Assembly (NCBI GenBank): GCA_012838445.1
Contig: DUPF01000277.1
Coordinates: forward strand, 63 to 64,062
Length of the DNA stretch: 64,000 nucleotides
Reading direction: 5' to 3'
Source: Intrasporangiaceae bacterium
GTDB lineage: Bacteria; Actinomycetota; Actinomycetes; Actinomycetales; Dermatophilaceae
Below, piece by piece: positions 36,495-45,636 of the stretch. Position 1 is the stretch's first letter. Each line of letters starts with the position of its first letter. The position numbers and the translations under genes were made by a program. The notes below the pieces were generated by a model, which worked only from the letters and a program-made list of their open reading frames with translations, did not search any database and had not been told where the DNA came from.

Positions 36495-36672
36495 CCCCAC
36501 CCGCCAGGGATCGCCGACGTGCGCTCGACCGCACGGTAGCCATCCCCACCACGCACGACCCCACCCCCAGGGATCCCTACCGCGCGCTCGACCGCACGGT
36601 AGCCATCCCCACCACGCACGACCCCACCCCCAGGGATCCCTACCGCGCGCTCGGCCGCACGGTAGCCATCCC
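36495..36672. repeat. 63-bp tandem repeat (~2.8 copies) with internal hairpin
   Basis: CAGGGATC recurs at 36505, 36568 and 36631; units 2 and 3 fold as GGGAT..CTACCG...CGGTAG..ATCCC. Confidence 0.9.
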
Positions 36673-36687
36673 GCGAAAGCCGCCCCC

Positions 36688-37668
36688 TCAGCGCGCCGGC
36701 GTGATCGCCCCGTCGAGGAGATGCACCCGCACCGTCGCCCCGGGCACGGTGCTCGGTGCTGACACCCGAGCCCGCTGACCGTCGGGCAGCGCGACGGTGA
36801 TCGCGACGTCGTTGACCGTCAGGGACTGCTCGATGACCGGCAGTTCGACACCGCCGTCCGGGTCGAGGTGCAGGGAGGCCGGTCCGATGCCGAGCACGTG
36901 CCCGGCCGGGAGCTCGCCGGACCAGCCGAGCTCGGCGGCGAGGGCGGCGTCGATGAAGGCGCTGTACCCGAGGAACTCGGCCACCTGCCGATCGGCCGGG
37001 CGGGCCCGCAACTCCTCGGCTCGACCGACCTGCAGGAGGCGGCCCGCGTCCATGACGGCGACCTGAGCGGCCACCGTGTAGGCCTCCTGATGGTCGTGGG
37101 TGACATAGACGGCCGTCGTATGCGTCTCCTCGAGGATCTGGGCCAGGTCCCGGGCGAGGCGCCGCCGCAGCGAAGTGTCCAACGCCGAGAGCGGCTCGTC
37201 GAGGAGCAGCATCCTGGGCCGGGGTGCCAGGGATCGAGCCAGCGCGACCCGTTGGGCCTGGCCGCCGGAGAGTTCATTGGTGCGGCGGTCCGCATAGCCG
37301 GGCAGTCCGACCAGCTCCAGCATCTCGGTGACCCGGTCCCGCTGAGCCGCCCGGGGCATACCGGCCAGTCCGTAGGCGATGTTGCGACCGACCGTCATCG
37401 TCGAGAACAGCTGCCCGTCCTGGAACACCATCCCGAAGTTGCGGCGGTGGACCGGGACGGCCCGCAGGTCCTCGTCGTTCCACAGGATGCGGCCGGCGGC
37501 GAGCGGCTCCAGGCCGGCGATGGCGCGCAGCAGGGTGGACTTGCCGCAGCCGGAGGGCCCGAGGAGGGCGGTCACGGTGCCCGGGGCGACGGTGAGGTTC
37601 ACGTCCTCGACCCCGACGACCGGGCCATAGCGCACCGTGACGTCCGAGACGGTCAGACCGGCTACCAC
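36688..37668 (-). CDS. thiQ: Thiamine ABC transporter ATP-binding protein
   Basis: GPSGCGKST, LSGGQAQR, LLLDEP, VTHD; in a TPP-regulated operon. Confidence 0.85.
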   Translation of the reverse strand: MVAGLTVSDVTVRYGPVVGVEDVNLTVAPGTVTALLGPSGCGKSTLLRAIAGLEPLAAGRILWNDEDLRAVPVHRRNFGMVFQDGQLFSTMTVGRNIAYGLAGMPRAAQRDRVTEMLELVGLPGYADRRTNELSGGQAQRVALARSLAPRPRMLLLDEPLSALDTSLRRRLARDLAQILEETHTTAVYVTHDHQEAYTVAAQVAVMDAGRLLQVGRAEELRARPADRQVAEFLGYSAFIDAALAAELGWSGELPAGHVLGIGPASLHLDPDGGVELPVIEQSLTVNDVAITVALPDGQRARVSAPSTVPGATVRVHLLDGAITPAR

Positions 37669-39308
37669 GTCGCCACCTCCTGGGGTCGCATCCGCTCGGC
37701 CAGCGCCATTGTCGCCCCGGCGAGCACGGCGAGGACGACCGAGGCGGCCAGGGCGAGTCCGTAGTTCTCCGCACCGGGCCGACCGAACAGGCGGAAGATG
37801 AGCACCGGCAGAGTCGGGTTGTCCGGGCGGGCCAGGAACGAGGTCGCCCCGAACTCCCCGAGGCTGGTCGCGAGGGCGAACCCGATCGCCAACCCGAGTC
37901 CACGCCGCAGGTGCGGCAGTTCGATCCGGCGGAACACCTGCAACGGCGCCGAACCGAGAGTGGCGGCGGCCTCGAGCTGGCGTGGGTCGATGGCGCGCAA
38001 CGTCGGCAGCAGAGTGCGCACGACGAGCGGGAGGGCGACGACCGCCTGGGCGATGGGGATCAGGATGATGCTCGAGCGCAGATCCAACGGCGGCCGGTTC
38101 AAGGTGATGAGATACCCGAAGCCGACCGTGACGGCCGAGACCCCTAGCGGCAGGAGGAACAGGCTCTCCAGCGTCGACAGGGCGCTGCGGGCCGAGCGAC
38201 GGCGGGGGCGCCGGGAGGCGACGAGGGCGACAAGCATCCCGAGGGTGACGGCCAGGACGGTGGCCGTGGCGGCCGTCGTCAGCGAGGTCCGCAGCGCTGC
38301 CCAGACGCTCGTGCCGAACACGTCCTGCGTCGCGAGACGGACAAAGTTGTCCACGGTGAGCCGACCCCGCAAGTGCAGGGACCGCCACAGCAGGTTGATC
38401 AGCGGCAACCCGAGCAGGACGATGACGACCCCTGCGGTGACCAGCAGCGGCGGCCAGTCCCGACCGAGCCGGAGGGACCGGGCCTCGGCGACATCGGGTT
38501 GCAGCCGCAGCGCCCGGGTCATCCTCGTCTGGGCCCGTCCGCTCAGCCACAGGGCCAGGGTGACGATGACGAGTTGGGTGATCGACAACGCCGCCGCGGA
38601 AGGCAGGTCGAGCAACTGGGTGGTGAGGAACCAGATCTCGGTCTCGATCGTGTTGTACTTCGTCTGTCCGAGCACCATGACGATCCCGTAGCTCGAGGCG
38701 CTGAAGAGGAACACGAGCGAGGCGGCGGACAGGATCGCCGGCGCCAGCGTCGGCAGGGTGACGGTGCGCAGCACCCGCACCGGCCCGGCGCCGAGGGTCG
38801 CGGCAGCCTGGGCGAGACGCGGGTCGAGACGGGCCCAGAAAGTGCCGACGGTGCGCACGACGATGGCGTAGTTGAAGAACACCATCGCCGCCAGGATCGC
38901 GGTCGGGGTGCCGGCCAGCCCCAGCCAGCCGAGCAGTCCGTCGGCGCGCAGCAGCGACCCGAACGCGACCCCGACGACGACGGTGGGCAGCACGAACGGG
39001 ATGGTGACCACGGCCCGGAGCAGGTTCCGGCCCGGGAAGGTCGTGCGATACAGCAGGTATGCGCCGGGCAGCCCGAGCAGGAGACATGCGGCGGTCGCTG
39101 CCGTGGCTGACCAGAGGGTGAACCCGACGGCGCGCCAGGTGCGGCGGGACTCGAAGACGGACGTGAATCCGTCGAGCGTCCAGGCAGTTCCGTCGTGGAA
39201 CCCGCGCGCGACGAGGGTCGCGGCGGGCCACGCGAAGAACAGGGTGAGGAAGACGGCCGGGATCAGCCCGGCCAGCACCCACCCGGCGCGCCAGCCGAGT
39301 CGGGTCAA
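37662..39308 (-). CDS. thiP: Thiamine ABC transporter permease
   Basis: Duplicated permease with two EAA-like loops (QAAATLGA, EAAATLGS); TTG start overlaps the thiB stop. Confidence 0.87.
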   Translation of the reverse strand: MTRLGWRAGWVLAGLIPAVFLTLFFAWPAATLVARGFHDGTAWTLDGFTSVFESRRTWRAVGFTLWSATAATAACLLLGLPGAYLLYRTTFPGRNLLRAVVTIPFVLPTVVVGVAFGSLLRADGLLGWLGLAGTPTAILAAMVFFNYAIVVRTVGTFWARLDPRLAQAAATLGAGPVRVLRTVTLPTLAPAILSAASLVFLFSASSYGIVMVLGQTKYNTIETEIWFLTTQLLDLPSAAALSITQLVIVTLALWLSGRAQTRMTRALRLQPDVAEARSLRLGRDWPPLLVTAGVVIVLLGLPLINLLWRSLHLRGRLTVDNFVRLATQDVFGTSVWAALRTSLTTAATATVLAVTLGMLVALVASRRPRRRSARSALSTLESLFLLPLGVSAVTVGFGYLITLNRPPLDLRSSIILIPIAQAVVALPLVVRTLLPTLRAIDPRQLEAAATLGSAPLQVFRRIELPHLRRGLGLAIGFALATSLGEFGATSFLARPDNPTLPVLIFRLFGRPGAENYGLALAASVVLAVLAGATMALAERMRPQEVATW

Positions 39309-40390
39309 CTCACCGCCGCCGTCCACTCCTTGATCCAGTCGTCCCGGTTGGCACCGATGTCGTCCTGGGAGACCTCGATGGGGTTGGTCGACAGGGGTGC
39401 GAACTTCTGCCACTCCTCCGGCAGCTCAGTGCCCTCGACGGCCGGGTACATGTACATGTTCTCCGGGATCGATGCCTGGACCTTGGGGCTGAGGAGGAAG
39501 TCGATGAACTTGCGGGCACCGACCTCGTTCTGGGCGCCGGTGATGACGCCGGCGTACTCGACCTGCCGGAAGCACGTGTCGAGGAGGGCCTCGGTCGTCG
39601 ACTCGCCGTCATCGGTGACGGTGAACGCCGGCGAGGTGGAGTAGGACAGCACGAGTGGGCGGGGGCCCTCGCCGTCGGCGCCGGAGAACTCGGTGTAGTA
39701 GGCCTCGGTCCAGCCGGAGACGACGAGCACCCCGTTGTCCTTGAGCGCCGTCCAGTAGTCGACCCAGCCGTCGGCGCCCTTGGCACCGATCGTGGCGATG
39801 AGGAACGACAGCCCCGGCGAGGAGGACGCGGGCGAGGCGACCACGAGCAGGTCCTTGTACTCGGGTTTGGTCAGGTCGTCGAGGGTCTGCGGGATCGCCA
39901 GGTTCTTCTCGGCGAACCAGGTCTTGTCGGCGTTGATGCACACGTCGCCGAGGTCGATCGGGGTGAGGTTGTCCGCGGCGAGTGCGTCGTCGGTCTGCGC
40001 GGCGGTCGACTCGTAGGGCGCGAGCACCCCGGCGTCGTTGGCGCGGGAGGCGAACGTGTTGTCGACCCCGTAGACGACGTCACCGAGCGGTGAATCCTTC
40101 GTCAACACAAGCTGATTGACCAGTTGCCCGGCGTCTCCGGGGGCGGAGTATGTGACGGTGTATCCGGTCTCCTTCTCGAACTCGGCCTTGAGCTCGTCCG
40201 GCAGGCTGAAGGAACTGTGGCTGAGCACTGTCAGGGTGTCCGACTCGCTCGGCGACTCCGGCGCCTGGGTCCCGGCGCCGGTCGGCTCCGCGGTGGTCGG
40301 GTCGGTGCCGGGCTGGCCGCCGGTGCCGCATGCCGCGAGGGTGAGTGCGGCGAGCAGGCCGGTGGTCAGGCTGGTTCGGGTGATACGCAT
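39305..40390 (-). CDS. thiB: Thiamine ABC transporter substrate-binding lipoprotein
   Basis: Lipobox LAAC, HSSF, GDAG, GVDN, SSSPG, LSYSTSP, CFRQVEYAG; downstream of a TPP riboswitch. Confidence 0.92.
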   Translation of the reverse strand: MRITRTSLTTGLLAALTLAACGTGGQPGTDPTTAEPTGAGTQAPESPSESDTLTVLSHSSFSLPDELKAEFEKETGYTVTYSAPGDAGQLVNQLVLTKDSPLGDVVYGVDNTFASRANDAGVLAPYESTAAQTDDALAADNLTPIDLGDVCINADKTWFAEKNLAIPQTLDDLTKPEYKDLLVVASPASSSPGLSFLIATIGAKGADGWVDYWTALKDNGVLVVSGWTEAYYTEFSGADGEGPRPLVLSYSTSPAFTVTDDGESTTEALLDTCFRQVEYAGVITGAQNEVGARKFIDFLLSPKVQASIPENMYMYPAVEGTELPEEWQKFAPLSTNPIEVSQDDIGANRDDWIKEWTAAVS

Positions 40391-40434
40391 GAACTGGTCT
40401 CCTTTCGGAGGCTCGGCATGGTGACCGAGGAGAA

Positions 40435-40531
40435 TGTCCCACTCCCTACGCCGGTGCTAACCGGATCAGGTTGAAGGGTCTGCGGTCGATCCGCACTCTC
40501 AGCGCCGCTGGTGGCGCTCCCCTGTGTGTCC
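40435..40531 (-). ncRNA. TPP riboswitch
   Basis: Minus strand reads CAGGGGAGCGCC...GGCGCTGAGAG...GACCCTTCAACCTGATCCGGTTAGCACCGGCGTAGGGAG; -10 TATGCT just upstream. Confidence 0.95.
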
Positions 40532-40562
40532 AGCCAGCATAGCCGCTATCCAGGGCGAGCCC

Positions 40563-41924
40563 TCACCGCCCCAGACGCTCCTTGAGCCAGCGCCACCGTT
40601 CCTGGAGCCGGGACTCGAATCCCCGGTCGGTCGGCCGGTAGTAGTCGGTCTTGCCGGCGAGGTCGTCGGGGAGATAGACCTGCCGGGCGATCCCGTCCGG
40701 CTCGTCATGGGCATACACATAACCCTTGCCGTGACCGAGTCTGGCGGCCCCGGCATACCCTGTCCCGCGCAGGTGGGGCGGGACCGCGCCGCCCTTGCCG
40801 GCCCGCACATCGGCGATCGCCTCGTTGATGGCGACGTAGGCGGCGTTGGACTTCGGTGCGAGCGCGTTGTGGACGACTGCCTGGGCGAGGATGATCCGCG
40901 CCTCCGGCATGCCGATCTGGGCGACGGCGTGCATCGCCGCGACGGCGGTCTGCAACGCCGTCGGATCGCCCATCCCGACGTCCTCGCTCGCGGCAATGAC
41001 GATGCGTCGGGCGATGAACCGCGGGTCCTCCCCCGCCTCGAGCATCCGGGCCAGGTAGTGCAGTGCGGCGTCGACGTCGGATCCGCGCATCGACTTGATC
41101 AGCGCCGAGGCGACGTCGTAGTGCTGGTCGCCGGTGCGGTCGTAGCGGACGGCCGCGGTGGCGACGGCCTGTTCGGTGTGCGCCAGCGTGATCCGGATCG
41201 GGTCGTCTCCCGCGGCCCCGATCGGGACCTCGTCGGCGGCGACCCCGGCGGCCGCCTCGAGGGAGGTCAATGCCCGTCGGGCATCTCCGCCGCTGATCCG
41301 GACGAGATGGTCGCGGGCCGCGTCCTCGAGCAGGTATGCGCCGCCCAGGCCCCGCTGATCCGTCACCGCCGAGTCCAAGACGTCCGCGATGTCCGTATCG
41401 TCCAGCGAGGTCAACGTGACGAGCACCGAGCGGGACAGCAATGGGGCGATGATCGAGAAGCTCGGGTTCTCGGTGGTCGCGGCAACGAGGATGACGTGCC
41501 GGTTCTCGACGCCGGGCAGGAGGGCGTCCTGTTGGGCCTTGGTAAAGCGGTGGATCTCGTCGAGGAACAGCACGGTGTGCCGGCCGTAGAGGTCGAGGGT
41601 GCGCAGCGCCTGGTCCATGACGGTGCGCACGTCCTTGACCCCGGCGGTCACGGCGGACAGTTCGACGAAGTCCCGGTCGGCGGCGGTCGCCACGAGGTGG
41701 GCGAGCGTCGTCTTGCCGGTGCCCGGGGGACCCCACAGGATCGCCGACAGCGGGCCCGCGGCTCCGGAGCCGCCTTCGATGAGGCGCCGTAACGGGCTGC
41801 CCTGCCGCAGCGCCTCACGCTGTCCGCGGACCTCGTCGATGGTCTGCGGGCGCATCCGCACCGCCAGCGGTGCCCGGGTGGCATCCGCCGTCGTGGGTTC
41901 GGCTGCGCCGAAGAGGTCGGTCAC
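40563..41924 (-). CDS. rarA: Replication-associated recombination protein A (MgsA/RarA)
   Basis: [48 protein letters not shown]. Confidence 0.96.
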   Translation of the reverse strand: MTDLFGAAEPTTADATRAPLAVRMRPQTIDEVRGQREALRQGSPLRRLIEGGSGAAGPLSAILWGPPGTGKTTLAHLVATAADRDFVELSAVTAGVKDVRTVMDQALRTLDLYGRHTVLFLDEIHRFTKAQQDALLPGVENRHVILVAATTENPSFSIIAPLLSRSVLVTLTSLDDTDIADVLDSAVTDQRGLGGAYLLEDAARDHLVRISGGDARRALTSLEAAAGVAADEVPIGAAGDDPIRITLAHTEQAVATAAVRYDRTGDQHYDVASALIKSMRGSDVDAALHYLARMLEAGEDPRFIARRIVIAASEDVGMGDPTALQTAVAAMHAVAQIGMPEARIILAQAVVHNALAPKSNAAYVAINEAIADVRAGKGGAVPPHLRGTGYAGAARLGHGKGYVYAHDEPDGIARQVYLPDDLAGKTDYYRPTDRGFESRLQERWRWLKERLGR

Positions 41925-41932
41925 AGTCGTCC

Positions 41933-41954
41933 ACTGTAGTTGTCGGCCCGGACA
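41933..41954 (-). promoter_or_regulatory. PafBC-like promoter of rarA
   Basis: TGTCCG-N10-TACAGT, 8 nt before GTG; one mismatch to the consensus. Confidence 0.55.
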
Positions 41955-42028
41955 CCACCACCCGCCGACAAGGTTGTGCCATCCGCGTCACCGAGCACGC
42001 GGACGACACCACCTTCCGACATAGGTCT

Positions 42029-42439
42029 CTAGGCAACCCCGAGGTCGGCGAGCAACTCCTGCACCCGGGCCTTGATCTCGTCGCGGATCGGCCGCACGGC
42101 AGCGACGCCCTGACCGGCCGGATCCTCCAGCACCCAGTCCTCGTAGCGTTTGCCGGGGAAGATCGGACACGTGTCGCCGCAGCCCATCGTGATGACGACG
42201 TCACTGGCCTGCACGGCGTCGACAGTCAGGATCTTGGGGGTCTCGTGCGAGATGTCGATCCCGTCCTCGAGCATCGCCTCGCGGACGGCAGGGTTGATCG
42301 ACTCGGCCGGCGCCGACCCTGCGGAGCGGACCTCGACCCGCCCCCGGGACAGGTGGTGGGTGTAGGCGGCGGCCATCTGAGAGCGGCCGGCGTTGTGGAC
42401 GCACACGTAGAGCACGCTGGGTCGTTCGGTCGAGCTCAT
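42029..42439 (-). CDS. arsC: Arsenate reductase (LMW-PTP fold)
   Basis: CVHNAGRSQMA and TMGCGDTCP; WVLEDP. Confidence 0.95.
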   Translation of the reverse strand: MSSTERPSVLYVCVHNAGRSQMAAAYTHHLSRGRVEVRSAGSAPAESINPAVREAMLEDGIDISHETPKILTVDAVQASDVVITMGCGDTCPIFPGKRYEDWVLEDPAGQGVAAVRPIRDEIKARVQELLADLGVA

Positions 42440-43506
42440 GGGACGGTTCCTCTCGTTGGGGGACGTGTGCTCTGCATCGGGCCGGGCTGGGTGGGGAAGC
42501 GGTCCCGCAGCCAGAGGGAGACATAGACCAGGCCGACGAGGATCGGCACCTCGATGAGGGGGCCGACCACGGTCGCCAGGGCCTGGCCGGAGGCGATGCT
42601 GAAGGTGGCGATGGCGACCGCGATGGCCAGTTCGAAGTTGTTGCCGGCAGCGGTGAACGCGAGCGTCGTGGTCCGCTCGTAGGTCATCCCCAGTCCCTTG
42701 CCGAGGAGGTATCCGCCACCCCACATGAGGGTGAAGTACGCGAGCAGCGGCACCGCGATGCGGCCGACATCGAGCGGGCGGCCGATGATCTGCTCCCCTT
42801 GGAGGGCGAACATGATGACGACGGTGAACAGGAGTCCGTAGAGCGCCCAGGGGCCGACTCGGGGCAGGAACGAGGACTCGTATGCGGCTCTCCCCCAATG
42901 CTTCTCCCCCACCTTCCGGGACAGGTAGCCCGCGAGCAGCGGGATCCCGAGGAAGATCAGGACGCTCTTGGCGATCTGCCAGGCGGACACATCGAGGCCG
43001 GACTGCTCCAGACCGAGCCAGCCCGGCAGGACGGAGAGGTAGAACCAGCCGAGTCCGGCGAAGGCGATGACCTGGAAGACGGAGTTGAGGGCGACGAGGA
43101 CGGCCGCGGCCTCACGGTCACCGCAGGCCAGGTCGTTCCAGATGATGACCATGGCGATGCAGCGGGCGAGTCCGACGATGATCAGGCCGGTGCGGTACTC
43201 GGGCAGGTCGGGCAGCAGCAGCCAGGCCAGGGCGAACATCAGGGCCGGGCCGATGACCCAGTTCAGGACGAGGCTCGCCACGAGCATCCGCCGGTCCGAG
43301 GTTACGGTGTCGAGGCGGTCATAGCGGACCTTGGCCAGGACCGGGTACATCATGACGAGCAGCCCGATCGCGATCGGCAGCGAGATGCCGTCGATCTGCA
43401 CCGAGGACAGGGCAGTGCCGAGGCCGGGGACGATCCGACCGAGGATGAGCCCGGCGACCATGGCGGCGATGATCCACACCGGCAGCCACCGGTCGAGCAG
43501 GGACAT
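42436..43506 (-). CDS. acr3: Arsenite efflux transporter Acr3
   Basis: LDRWLPVWI, MMYPVLAKV, GLARCIAMV, GNNFELAIAVA, GPLIEVP; alternative GTG start at 43548. Confidence 0.96.
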   Translation of the reverse strand: MSLLDRWLPVWIIAAMVAGLILGRIVPGLGTALSSVQIDGISLPIAIGLLVMMYPVLAKVRYDRLDTVTSDRRMLVASLVLNWVIGPALMFALAWLLLPDLPEYRTGLIIVGLARCIAMVIIWNDLACGDREAAAVLVALNSVFQVIAFAGLGWFYLSVLPGWLGLEQSGLDVSAWQIAKSVLIFLGIPLLAGYLSRKVGEKHWGRAAYESSFLPRVGPWALYGLLFTVVIMFALQGEQIIGRPLDVGRIAVPLLAYFTLMWGGGYLLGKGLGMTYERTTTLAFTAAGNNFELAIAVAIATFSIASGQALATVVGPLIEVPILVGLVYVSLWLRDRFPTQPGPMQSTRPPTRGTVP

Positions 43507-43544
43507 CCGGGCGGCGACCGGCGTCTGCCGCTCCGGGACGGTCC

Positions 43545-44420
43545 TCACGCGCGGGATCCCGGCTTGCTCGCCCGGATGAAGGCGCTGGCGAACGCGCCGT
43601 CGAGGGCGGCGACCGCCTCGGAGAGGGTCATTCCGTCCGGGAGCTGGCTGGGGTCGAGCTGGTCGGCCATCGCTTCGAGCGCGGCGGTGTCGTAGCGGCG
43701 GGTGACCTCGACGGCGGCATCGGTGAATCCGGCCGCGCTGAGTTTGGCGACGTAGTCGTCGTCGAGCAACGCTCCGGTGATGCAGCCGGTCCACAACGCC
43801 ATCACGGCACGCAGGCCGTCCGGGATCGGTCGCAGCAGCACGATGTCGGCGACGGCGAAGCGCCCGCCCGGGCGCAGCACCCGGAACGCCTCACGCAGCA
43901 CCGCATCCTTGTCGGGACTGAGGTTGATGACGCAGTTCGAGATGACGACGTCGACCGCCTCGTCCGGCAGCGGCACGTCCTCGATCGACCCGAGCAGGAA
44001 GGTCGCGTTCTCGACGCCGGCCTCGACGCGGTTGCGCTCGGCCAGGTCGAGCATCTGCGGTGTCAGATCCAGTCCGTATGCGGTCCCGCCCGGGGCGATG
44101 CGCCGCGCCGACAGCAGCACATCGAGTCCCCCGCCGGAGCCGAGGTCGAGGACATCCTCACCGGGCTGCAGTTCGGCCAGCGCCGTGGGGTTGCCGCAGC
44201 CGAGCGAGGCTGCCAACGCTGCGTCGAACGGCGTGTCCGCCTCGTCGTAGAGGCCGGAGGTGATGGGGTCGATCGCCTGGGTCTTGCCGTCCTCGCCACA
44301 GCAGGAAGATCCGCTGCAGCAGCCGCTGTCCGAGGCGAGGAGGGAGCGTTGGGCGGCGTACGCATACCGCTCCTGGACAGCGGTGCGGATCTGATCGTCG
44401 GTCATCTCTCGGGTGCTCAT
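43545..44420 (-). CDS. arsM: Arsenite S-adenosylmethionine methyltransferase
   Basis: ASLGCGNP, VLDLGSGGGLD, ISNCVINLSPDK, WTGCITG; N-terminal CC pairs. Confidence 0.95.
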   Translation of the reverse strand: MSTREMTDDQIRTAVQERYAYAAQRSLLASDSGCCSGSSCCGEDGKTQAIDPITSGLYDEADTPFDAALAASLGCGNPTALAELQPGEDVLDLGSGGGLDVLLSARRIAPGGTAYGLDLTPQMLDLAERNRVEAGVENATFLLGSIEDVPLPDEAVDVVISNCVINLSPDKDAVLREAFRVLRPGGRFAVADIVLLRPIPDGLRAVMALWTGCITGALLDDDYVAKLSAAGFTDAAVEVTRRYDTAALEAMADQLDPSQLPDGMTLSEAVAALDGAFASAFIRASKPGSRA

Positions 44421-44433
44421 GCGCCAGCCTGTC

Positions 44434-44495
44434 TCGATGGGCATCGAATCAATGTCAGGTCCACTCTCACGCACTGATTCGATATCTGTCAAGAT
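44434..44495. promoter_or_regulatory. Divergent ars promoters with two ArsR-like operators
   Basis: TCGATG-GG-CATCGA (44434-44447) and TCGATATCTGTCAA (44479-44492); TTGACA on the minus strand; CAAGAT-N7-ATG for arsR. Confidence 0.7.
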
Positions 44496-44502
44496 AGAGG
44501 GT

Positions 44503-44844
44503 ATGGCGATTCTCGAGTCCTCCCCCGCGGCCGCGGCGGTCACCTGCTGCGGGCTGGCGACGACCCCGGTCACGAGCGCCGACGCCGAACGTCTCGCCCC
44601 GCTGTTCAAGGCCCTCGGGGATCCGGTCCGGTTGCGAATGGCCTCGATGATCGCGGCCGCACCGGAACTGTGTGTCTGTGAGATCGCCCCGGAGTTCGAC
44701 CTGTCCTCCGCGACGATCTCCCACCACCTCAAGACGTTGCGCGAGGCGGGTCTGGTCGACTCCGAACGTCGGGGCACCTACGTCTACTACTGGATCCGCC
44801 CCGAGGCGCTGGCCGCCCTCTCCGCGCTGCTCAGCGTGTCGTGA
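44503..44844 (+). CDS. arsR: ArsR/SmtB family repressor
   Basis: FKALGDPVRL, ELCVCEI, ISHHLKTLREAGLV, ERRGTYVYY; N-terminal CC. Confidence 0.95.
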   Translation: MAILESSPAAAAVTCCGLATTPVTSADAERLAPLFKALGDPVRLRMASMIAAAPELCVCEIAPEFDLSSATISHHLKTLREAGLVDSERRGTYVYYWIRPEALAALSALLSVS

Positions 44845-45610
44845 GCGCCCCGTTGTCGGCACGTGCCCGGTCCGGCCCGCCGACGACGATCGCGATCCAC
44901 GCGTCGATGACCGGGGACCAACTGGCGACCAGTTCCGGCTCGGCGCACTGGACCGAGCGGATCAGGGCGTCCGGGTCCAGGCCGATGTCGACGAGGCGTT
45001 GCGGATTCGAGGCGCCCCACGTCCGGGCGGTCCGCCCGAGCGCCTCGAGGTGGAACTGCAGCCCCCAGACACGCTCGCCGACGGCGAAAGCCTGCACCGG
45101 GCACGCCGACGATGCGGCGAGGTGGGTGATCGGGTGCCCGTCGCATACCTCCGGCAGGTCGGTGACCTCCCACCAGTGCCAGGACAGGGCTCGACGCCCC
45201 GGCGCCGGCAGGTGTCGCAGCACCGGATCCGCCGCAGCCGACGCGGTCGGCTCCATGAGGTGCAACCCGACCTCCGGACCGGCCGGGATGGTCCGCACCG
45301 TGCCGCCGACCGTCATCCCGAGCAGTTGCGCGCCGAGGCAGACGCCCATCGTCGGCACCTGGCGACGGACCGCCTCCCCGAGCAGCGCCCGCACCGCCGG
45401 CAACCAGGGCGCCCCGGCGTCGTCATCGGGATCCATCCGGCCGCCGAGGACGACGAACCCGTCGAACTCGTCCAGGCTCGCCGGGATCTCGACCCCACGT
45501 TCCGGACCGACGATGTGGACCGCGACCCCGTGGGCGTCGAGCCGCTGCCCGATCAGGGCGAGATCGACATCCGCCTCGTGCTCGACGACGAGGACCCTCC
45601 GTTGCGTCAT
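44841..45610 (-). CDS. Class I glutamine amidotransferase-like protein
   Basis: VVLGG, GVCLGAQL, GLQFHLE triad; TAGTCT-N7-ATG leaderless start. Confidence 0.88.
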
Positions 45611-45636
45611 GGAGCCGAGACTAGCCCCCGGGCCCT

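Noticed and set aside
36495-36672. Possible CRISPR array
   Set aside because: Units repeat in full with no unique spacers; no cas genes nearby.
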